From: Prasinococcaceae sp. CCMP 1430
Taxonomy: Eukaryota > Plantae > Prasinodermophyta
Assembly (NCBI GenBank): GCA_013416795.1
Contig: RQSC01000154.1
Coordinates: 120,035-128,287 of the forward strand
Length of the DNA stretch: 8,253 nucleotides
Direction of reading: 5' to 3'
In this document: one piece after another, positions 1-6,585 of the stretch
Numbering within the stretch: the stretch's first letter is position 1
Layout of the letters: each line of letters starts with the position of its first letter
Notes under the pieces: generated by a model
Databases searched by the model: none
Told to the model about the DNA's origin: nothing
What the model saw: only the letters and a program-made list of their open reading frames with translations
Made by a program: the position numbers and the translations under genes

Positions 1-46
1 GCCGCGGCGCGGCGCCCGACGCTCCCGCCGCCGGGGCGCGCGCGCG

Positions 47-2503
47 ATGGCCGAGGAGGCGTTGCCGATGGAGAAGACGCTGGCGCTGGTGAAGCCCGAC
101 GCCGTGAGCGCGGGCTCGGCGGGGTCCATCGTGCACCGCGCCGAGCTTGACGGCTTCGTCGTCGTCGACAAGCGCACGCTGCAGGTGCGCGAGCGGGCGC
201 CCCCTTTTTTTCCATTCCCCTTTTTTTTTTTTTGCTCGTCCGTGGGAGCGGACGGGAGGGTGCGCGCGTGGGGCAGCGAGGGAGCGCCGAGCGCCACGCG
301 CGCGCGCTGCGAGGCTGTGGCGGGGAGGGATTGAGGGGGTTCCCAGCGATCCCCGCAACCGCGTGGCCCCGCGGGATCTCGCGCGCGCCGTGGGCGCTGC
401 GCTGCGCGTCGCGCGCGTCGCGCGCGCGCGTGCTGTCCATGGCAGTGCGCCCAATTTCCCCCCCCCGCTTTTTTCGTTCGGTTTTCGCTCCCAACAAAAA
501 AGTCTCGCAACAGCGTTTCTGGCGCGCGCGCGCGCGCGCGCGCCCGACTCACCCACCCGCTCCGACGCGGGGTGAGCGGGGGGACAGCTGGGCTCCCCAT
601 CACCGCGAGCGAGGGCGTCGCGCGAGCGCCCCGTCGCATCGCCTCGGCGGGAGCTCCGGGCGCGCGAGAGGAGGGGAGGGGCACCGCGGTGCATCTCGCG
701 CGCGTGCGCGCTTTCGGAAACTTCCTCTTCCGTTTCCGGGATGTGTGGGCTCGGCTGACGCCTTCTCGTGCCCGCGCCCTGGCCCGCTCTCGTGCTCGCC
801 CCACGCGCGCGCGGTGCGGACCTTACGCGCTTCTCCCGCGGCATTTGGTCCAACAGATGAGCAAGGGCCGTGCGGAGGAGTTCTACGCGGAGCACAAGGG
901 CAAGGACTTCTTCGGCAAGCTGGTGACGCACATGAGCAGCGGCCCGGTCGTCGCGGCCGTGCTCGCGCGCTCAGGCGGCATCAAGGGGTGGCGCACGCTG
1001 CTGGGCCCCACCGACTCGAAGGCGGCACTCCAAGACGCGCCCGACAGCATCCGCGCGGTGTACGGCACCGACGAGACGGCCAACGCGGCGCACGGCTCGG
1101 ACTCGCCGGAGTCCGCCCAGCGCGAGATCAAGTTCTTCTTCCCCAACCTTCCGCTGGAGCCCCCCGAGGGCTTCTCTCCGGAGGAGTACGTGACCGCCAA
1201 TCTACAACCAACGCTGCTGCGCGCGCTGACGGCCATGTGCAAGGAGAAGCCGAGCGCGCAGCCGCTGGAGGCCATCAAATGGCTGAGCTCGTGGCTGCTG
1301 GAGAACAACCCCAACAAGGGCCGGGCGATGGCCGAGACCGACTTTGCCTTGAGCAGGGACGAGCTGGCGGGTGCCGAGCCCGCTGTGATGATTGAGGACG
1401 TGGACGAGGTGGTGGCGGCGGAGGCGGACGAGGAGGTGCTGGCGGAGGAGATCGTGGCGGTGGAGGATGAGCTCTTCGCAGGCACCGCCGAGGAGGACAT
1501 TGCCGCGATTAAGCTTCAGGCCACATACAGAGGCTACATGACCAGGAAGAAGCTCGCCGCGGAGGCCGCCGCCAGCGCGTCCGACGCAGTGATCATCGTC
1601 GCAGCCGCCGCCGACGACTCGGAGTTGGCCCAGGAGGAGGCTGCCGCGCTGAAGATCCAGGCAGTCCATAGAGGACGCCTCGCGCGCAGGCAGGTGGCCA
1701 AGCAGCGCGAGGAGACCGCCGCGGCGATCAAGGTGCAGGCTGCCGCGCGCGGGAGGATCGCGAGGAAGAGGGTGGCGGCCATGAAGGATGGGGGGGATAG
1801 CGCCGATGCGGCGAGCGCGGAGGCGGTCGCGGTGGGGAGTGCGCCAGCGGAGGCCGAGCCGGCCGTCGAGGAAACTGCTGCTGCGTCCGCGGAGGAGGCC
1901 GCCGAGCCTGGTGAGGAGGGTGAGGCGCCCGCCGAGGAGGCCGAGGCGCCCGCGGAGGAGGCCGAGGCGCCCGCCGAGGAGGCTGCAGCGCCCGCCGAGG
2001 AGGCTGCTGCGCCCGCCGAGGAGGCTGCTGCGCCCGCCGAGGAAACTGAGGCGCCCGCGGAGGAGGCTGAGGCGCCCGCGGAGGAGGCTGAGGCGCCCGC
2101 GGAGGAGGCCGAGGCGCCCGCGGAGGAGGCCGAGGCGCCCGCGGAGGAGGCTGAGGCGCCCGCCGAGGAGGCCGTGGCGCCCGTGGAGGAGGCGGGGTCG
2201 TCCGCTGAGGAGGCTGAAGAGGGTGCTGCGCCCGTGGAAGAGGCTGAGGCGCCCGCGGAGGAAGGAGCAGCGCCCACCGAGGAGGCTGCAGCGCCCGCCG
2301 AGGAGGCTGCAGCGCCCGCCGAGGAGGCTGCAGCGCCCGCCGAGGAGGCTGCTGCGCCCGCCGAGGAGGCTGCTGCGCCCGCCGAGGAAACTGAGGCGCC
2401 CGCGGAGGAGGCTGAGGCGCCCGCGGGGGAGGCTGAGGCGCCCGCGGAGGAGGCTGAGGCGCCCGCGGAAGAGGCGCCCGCGGAGGAGGCGCCCGCGGAG
2501 TAA
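47..2503 (+). CDS. NME5: Radial-spoke nucleoside diphosphate kinase (group II NDK, NME5/NDK5/RSP23-like); join(47..184,857..2503), ~594 aa: NDK domain + Dpy-30 motif + 3 IQ motifs + acidic Ala/Pro/Glu tail
   Basis: Exon 1 encodes MEKTLALVKPDAV...KRTLQ and ends at CAG|GTGCGC (184/185). Exon 2 starts after CAACAG (856) with MSKGRAEEFYAEHKGKDFF...MSSGPVVA...WRTLLGPT...SIRAVYG...NAAHGSDS...REIKFFF. The phase-0 join restores a continuous NDK domain with catalytic His at 1091-1093. Dpy-30 and IQ motifs follow; stop TAA at 2501-2503. An alternative start is ATG 68. The architecture matches what is known for Chlamydomonas RSP23. Confidence 0.93.
185..856 (+). other. Spliceosomal intron (672 nt, phase 0) of the NME5/RSP23 gene
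   Basis: GTGCGC donor, CAACAG acceptor, branch-point candidates CTGAC (755-759) and CTTAC (822-826), no AG between 679 and 854. Removal joins the two halves of the NDK domain in frame. Confidence 0.92.
1181..1318 (+). other. Dpy-30 dimerisation/docking motif within NME5/RSP23
   Basis: EEYVTANLQPTLLRALTAMCKEKPSAQPLEAIKWLSSWLLENNPNK fits the Dpy-30 pattern (Y-L...V-P-T-L...L...KP..P...L...L..NNP) found directly after the NDK domain in NME5 proteins. Confidence 0.88.
1490..1775 (+). other. Three IQ (calmodulin-binding) motifs within NME5/RSP23
   Basis: AAIKLQATYRGYMTRKKL, AALKIQAVHRGRLARRQV and AAIKVQAAARGRIARKRV all fit [ILV]QxxxRGxxxR. Confidence 0.9.
1925..2500 (+). repeat. Coding 21-bp tandem repeat (consensus GCGCCCGC[C/G]GAGGAGGCTG[AG/CN]) encoding (APAEEAX)n, ~28 units including degenerate and short terminal units
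   Basis: Read directly: units start at 1925, 1946, 1967 and so on. One interrupted unit (SSAEEAEEGA) lies near 2188; the last three units are shortened to 15 bp or less (APAEE, APAEE, APAE) before TAA. Confidence 0.96.
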
Positions 2504-3076
2504 GCCGTGCAGGCGCGCATGCGGCCCTGTGTGCATGCAGCGCGCACCCCGTCGTGGGCCTGGCGGTGTAGTAGGAGTCTCCGTAACACAACCAATGTAC
2601 AAATTTTCCGGCCGAAGCGCTCCCCCCGCGCGGCACCGCCACCCTCCCTCCACCGTCGCCCGCTCCGCCGCGGCCCAGCACCTGTCCGTCAGCGCCCCGG
2701 CTGCACGGCCTGCCCAGCGAGGGCCGCTCGCGCGCCGAGGCAGGGGGCAGGGGTTGCCCCTTCGGCAAGTCAGGTCTCCCGTGGTCAAATTGATACACAC
2801 AATATACGAGGCGCGAGCCGCGGGGGGGGGGAGGGGGAGGGGCCGCGGCCCGGCCGAACCCAAACCCGCACCTCGGCGGTCGCCCCCATCGCGCCTTCAA
2901 CATATATCAATTCCACACCATATTTAGACCCTTTATGTGATTTGACCCTAAAGAGTCGGAGGGCGCGTGGGCGTGGCAGGCGTGCGTGCGTCCGTTCGGG
3001 CGATTTGAGTTTGCGCGCGCGCGCGGGCGTTGTGATGGCGGTTTCGCATGCGTTTTCCGGCGCGCCGTCGGCGCCC

Positions 3077-3127
3077 CGCGCGCGCGCGCGCGCGCGCTCG
3101 AGGCATGCAGGTGTGTGTGTGTGTATG
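3077..3127. repeat. (CG)n tract (3077-3097) and (GT)7 microsatellite (3111-3124) upstream of the CCDC33-like ATG
   Basis: Read directly: 21 nt of alternating CG followed by GCATGCA and GTGTGTGTGTGTGT. Confidence 0.85.
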
Positions 3128-3298
3128 AGGGGGAGGGCACAGCGCGCGCTGTCGGCGCGCGCGTGCGGGGCGACCCGCGCGCTGGAGGCGGGGCGGCCTT
3201 TCCCGCGCGAGCGGCTTGCGCCTGGCACCACCCCCAGCCCCAACGGGACACGGCAAAGTTCAAGCCCCGCGCGGCGGCCTCGGTGGGGGGCGGCGGCG

Positions 3299-6200
3299 AT
3301 GGGCGACTCGGCGCGCGAGCTGCGCGTGGCGATCAAGGCGGTGGAGACCTCTGACGCGCAGCGCTACTACCTGCGCGTCTCCGCCGAGGGCGAGCACCCC
3401 GCGCTGCAGGCCGCCGCGGCGGGCGGCGCGGGCGTGCTCGCGGCGCTCACCGACGTGAGCGATGTGAACGCGCGGCCGCAGTTCGGCAACAACGTGCTGC
3501 ACCTCACGCTGCCGGGGGGCGTGCTCAGCGCGAGGTCGGAGCTGCTGGACGCCGCGGCGTTCTCGCTGCGCTGGCGGCTGTACACGCTCGCGCCGGCCAT
3601 ACCGGCGGGCGGCGGCGGTGAGGCGCTCGCAGCGAGCGGCGAGTGGCGCGTCGAGCCTGGTGACGCGGCAGTGTTGCTGCGCGGCGACCCGCGCGACGTC
3701 AAGGTGAGCCTGCTCCCAGAGGCGCTTAACGGCGTCGCGGGCGACGTCGCCTTCCAGGCATGCTTCGTGGACGCCATGGCAGTTGCAGCCGGCGGCTCGG
3801 CCGGGCAGGCGTTCGGCCTCGGCGCGCGTGTGCGCTCGAAAAAGGTGCCCGTCAAGGTGCGCGTGTGGGTCGCGTGCGCGACGGGCGTTCCCAAGGCCGC
3901 GGCCGCAGGCGGCGGCGTCTTCGTGGCCGCCAAGACCTCGCGCGAGGCAGCGCTCCGCAAAGCGTCCAAGCAGCGCACGGCGGCCGCCGGTGGCGACTCG
4001 GGCAACTGTCACTGGAACGAGGTTCTCGAGCTCGAGATGTTCGACGCCGACCTTGACAAGGAGCGTGTGCTCCTCGCACTTGTGGACGCGGACTCCAAGC
4101 AGCTCGTCGCCAAGTGCGCCGTGCCCATGCTGCACCTCGTGCCGCGGCGAGCCTATCCGCTCAAGCTTGTCCTGGACGAGGCCGCGGGCACCGCCCTGTA
4201 CCTGAGCGTGACGATCGGCGAGGCGCCGCGGCGAGAGGCGACTATCCTGCAGGCTGCGCCCATTCAGCGCGCGCGGGTCGAGGTGTCCCTCCTGGAAGCG
4301 CTCCCCCCTGCAGCGGGCGTCCGCGCCCGAGAGGCGCTGGAGCTGGGCGCGTCGGTGGTCGCGGTGGCTAGGATCGAGCAGGGCGGAGCGGCGGCGCAGC
4401 AGGCCGCCTGGGCTGGCCCGCTGCTGGCGCCCGACAAGCTCTTCACGCGCGTCAATGTTGGCAGCGGCAGGTCTGACGCCTGGGATGTGGTCGCCGACAT
4501 GGACCACAACTCGGATGGCGCTGGTCCGGAATTGATGCCGTTGCTCGCGCCGGACATGTCCTCGCAGCTGTGGAAGGGCAGGCCCCCACAGCCGCTCACG
4601 CTCGCCCCGCCGGCGACAAGCCTCGTCGGCGCTGACGCCGCGCTTTCAATCGAGCTGCATGTGGTGGCAGCGGTATCTGGGGTGGCTGCGGGCAGTGCGG
4701 GTGCGAGGGCAACGCCGAGCGCGAGCGCGCCGCACCAGGCTGCGCCCGCGTCGGCAGCCGAGCCAGCGCAAAAGAGCACCCCTGCGGACGAGCCTGCCGA
4801 AGAGCCTGCGAGCGAGCCTGCGGACGAGTCTGAGGGAAAGCCTGCCCCCGAGGCCCCACCGGCTGAGGGGGTGAAGAGCCTCGACGGGCCGCCGATGCCC
4901 ACTGAGGAGTCAATTGGTATGGAGAAGGCCAGTCCTACGAAGCAGGATGCGCCGGGGACTGTTCCCTCCAAAGAGGGAGAGGAGGCGGCGGCACCGCCAA
5001 CGCCAAAGCAGCCCGCTGCACAGGCGCCCGAGGCAGGAGGCGGCGGCAGTGGCAGCGGCGGCAGTGACACTTTCCTCGGTGGCTTGCGAGTGCCGCTCAA
5101 GGGACTCGTGGCTGCCAAGGCCGGCGAGCCATACGACCTTCGTAAGGCGCACCTCCTAGGCGGAGCGGGTGGCACGCTGACGATGCAAGTTCGCCACTGG
5201 GACGACGAGTCGCTCATGCAGAACGTCCTGTCGGATGCGGCGGATGGCGCGGGCACCATCACCTTGACGGGCGCCACGCTGCAGCTTGCTGAGGACGTGA
5301 AGGCCAAGCAGGTGCTGGTGGAGCGAATGATCATCCAGGGAATGGAGCGAGACGCGCTGGCGGCAGCAGCTGCGCACTCTCGCGACGTGTCGGCGGTGGC
5401 GCAGCAGGAGCTTGCGGACGAGCTGGCGGCCACGCAGCAGGCCCTCGCGGACGAGCGCGAGGCAGGCCGGGCGACGCCCACGCTCGAGGGGGTAGAGAAT
5501 CTGACCTGGCCGGAGCTGCGCGAGCGCGCCGAGCAGCTCGCGCTTCGCCATGGGCGCGAGCAGCGCCACAACCAGGAGCTGGTCGCGAGGGTGCACCGTA
5601 TGCATCGCGCGGCCGTCGAGCACAAGGCTGAAAGCAAGAAGTACAAGGAGTTGCAAGAGGCGCATGCGCAGCAAGGCCGCGTGGTGGCCAGGCTGGAGAG
5701 GGAGGCGGGCACCGCACGCAAGTGCCGCGAGACCATCACCAGCCAGGAGAGGGTGATCGCGAGACTCGAGTCTCTGCTTGAGGAGTCTGCGGGCGACTCT
5801 GATGCCCTAAGCGCGGCGCGGGCCGAGTCGAGGGCACTCGCGGAGGACCTGTCTGCCATGCGGCGCGAGCGGGACGGGCTGTTTGAGGAGGTGGCGCGCG
5901 CAAAGAGTGACGCCTCAGCACAGTTGGAGCGGCTGCGATCAGACAGCGGCGTGGTCGAGCTGGAGACTGCGAACAGAGAGAAGGCAGCGGAGCTTGCTGC
6001 AGTCCGCGAGGCGAGCAAGGCCGCTGACGAGAACTCGAAGAAGCTCGAGGAGGAGAAGATGGCCATGATGATGCGATGTGAGATCGCCGAGGCGCGCGCG
6101 GTGGCCTCGTCGAATGAGCTCGTGGAGGCCACGCAGCGCTACGCCAAGGAGATCAGCGTGCTCAAAGCCAAGCTCGCAGAGAAAGAGGCGCAGCTCATGG

Positions 6201-6412
6201 GCGGGTTTGGCTCTCTCGCAAACCTCGCGCTCGGCGAGATGCCGCGAGTAGTGCCTTTTCCGAGAGGCTCGACGCCGCCCGGGCGCAAGAGCCCGGGCGC
6301 GCTGAAGCCCCTCGACGGCGCTGACGCCAAGCCCACGCCGCCGTCGACGCGCAAGCCGGCGGGCAGGGCTGGGGGGCGCGGTGCGGCCGCTCGCGCGCGC
6401 CGCGGCGGCTGA
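3299..6412 (+). CDS. CCDC33: CCDC33-like protein (~1037 aa): three C2-like domains followed by a long coiled coil; no intron evident
   Basis: Segments match human CCDC33 as recalled: RYYLRVSAE (RYALRLSAE), ALTDV (AITDV), LHLTLPGG (FIFTLPKG), VRVWVACATGVP (VTLHGATNLP), HWNEVLELE...ERVLLALVD...VPMLHL...YPLKLV (IWGDTVNVE...EDVILKVVD...IPIKYL...YHFELV), ETITSQERVIARLESLLEE (ETVRHQEKVIEKMERVLED), ATQRYAKEISVLKAKLAEKE ([20 protein letters not shown]). ATG 3299 is chosen because homology begins just after it; the upstream open frame (2507-3298) is simple-repeat-rich and not protein-like. Stop TGA at 6410-6412. Confidence 0.82.
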   Translation: MGDSARELRVAIKAVETSDAQRYYLRVSAEGEHPALQAAAAGGAGVLAALTDVSDVNARPQFGNNVLHLTLPGGVLSARSELLDAAAFSLRWRLYTLAPAIPAGGGGEALAASGEWRVEPGDAAVLLRGDPRDVKVSLLPEALNGVAGDVAFQACFVDAMAVAAGGSAGQAFGLGARVRSKKVPVKVRVWVACATGVPKAAAAGGGVFVAAKTSREAALRKASKQRTAAAGGDSGNCHWNEVLELEMFDADLDKERVLLALVDADSKQLVAKCAVPMLHLVPRRAYPLKLVLDEAAGTALYLSVTIGEAPRREATILQAAPIQRARVEVSLLEALPPAAGVRAREALELGASVVAVARIEQGGAAAQQAAWAGPLLAPDKLFTRVNVGSGRSDAWDVVADMDHNSDGAGPELMPLLAPDMSSQLWKGRPPQPLTLAPPATSLVGADAALSIELHVVAAVSGVAAGSAGARATPSASAPHQAAPASAAEPAQKSTPADEPAEEPASEPADESEGKPAPEAPPAEGVKSLDGPPMPTEESIGMEKASPTKQDAPGTVPSKEGEEAAAPPTPKQPAAQAPEAGGGGSGSGGSDTFLGGLRVPLKGLVAAKAGEPYDLRKAHLLGGAGGTLTMQVRHWDDESLMQNVLSDAADGAGTITLTGATLQLAEDVKAKQVLVERMIIQGMERDALAAAAAHSRDVSAVAQQELADELAATQQALADEREAGRATPTLEGVENLTWPELRERAEQLALRHGREQRHNQELVARVHRMHRAAVEHKAESKKYKELQEAHAQQGRVVARLEREAGTARKCRETITSQERVIARLESLLEESAGDSDALSAARAESRALAEDLSAMRRERDGLFEEVARAKSDASAQLERLRSDSGVVELETANREKAAELAAVREASKAADENSKKLEEEKMAMMMRCEIAEARAVASSNELVEATQRYAKEISVLKAKLAEKEAQLMGGFGSLANLALGEMPRVVPFPRGSTPPGRKSPGALKPLDGADAKPTPPSTRKPAGRAGGRGAAARARRGG

Positions 6413-6448
6413 TGGCGCGGTGCAATGGGAACACACACCACTCACAAT

Positions 6449-6454
6449 AATAAA
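6449..6454 (+). terminator. Candidate polyadenylation signal (AATAAA) for the CCDC33-like gene, inside the only AT-rich patch between two convergent genes
   Basis: AATAAA lies 37 nt after the stop codon; TGCAA (a UGUAA-like variant) is at 6421-6425. Signal usage in this organism is unknown. Confidence 0.4.
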
Positions 6455-6585
6455 ATGCATTCTCATCCTCGCGCTTTGTCGTATGTGTGCATCGGCTTGC
6501 GCCACTAGCGACTGGGCGTGCTGTGTGCATCACTGGACCACAGGGCACGCCAGCTCGTCCGGCTCTGTGAGAGCGCATCGAGCAA

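Noticed and set aside
440-600. Possible intronic H/ACA or C/D snoRNA (ACAAAA at 494-499, ACA near 586, weak hairpin 468-502)
   Set aside because: There is no RUGAUGA C box, the only CTGA is the likely branch point, and no convincing two-hairpin H/ACA fold is visible. An Infernal/Rfam scan would settle it.
572-856. N-terminal 95 aa of the 643-aa ORF (572..2503, GTG start)
   Set aside because: It is intronic: NDK homology resumes only at 857, and the real N-terminal half is in exon 47-184.
1925-2500. 21-bp repeat array considered as a CRISPR array or mobile satellite
   Set aside because: It has no spacers, the unit length is a multiple of 3, it is in frame with a eukaryotic gene, and variation is largely synonymous or conservative.
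3096-3104. GCTCGAGGC resembling the Chlamydomonas flagellar tub box (GCTC[G/C]AAGGC)
   Set aside because: It is a single copy, needs a one-base deletion to match, and a GC-rich 9-mer like this is likely by chance.
2507-3298. N-terminal 264 aa of the 1301-aa ORF
   Set aside because: It spans the 3'UTR of gene 1, simple repeats and promoter-like patches. It stays open because stop codons are rare in high-GC DNA, and CCDC33-like sequence starts at ATG 3299.
3699-3865. Strong donor-like sites in the CCDC33 CDS (AAG|GTGAGC near 3704, AAG|GTGCGC near 3857), and AAG|GTACGA at 7477 (-) in gene 3
   Set aside because: The sequence immediately downstream encodes conserved domain strands in frame, and no matching branch point or acceptor follows.
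3301-4620. Nucleosome-period CpG clustering as described for DNMT5-type linker methylation in some algae
   Set aside because: Manual CpG counts per 60 nt drift from about 11-14 down to 7-8 with no visible ~170-200-nt oscillation. A proper autocorrelation on much more sequence would be needed.
4264-6132. 622-aa antisense ORF, plus the other long antisense or alternative-frame ORFs (883-1500, 1202-2863, 1534-2595, 1728-2903, 1788-2927, 3260-4507, 7231-7989)
   Set aside because: These are Ser/Ala- or Arg/Pro-rich shadows of the real genes and of the 21-bp repeat, with no recognisable motifs. Such ORFs are expected in high-GC coding DNA.
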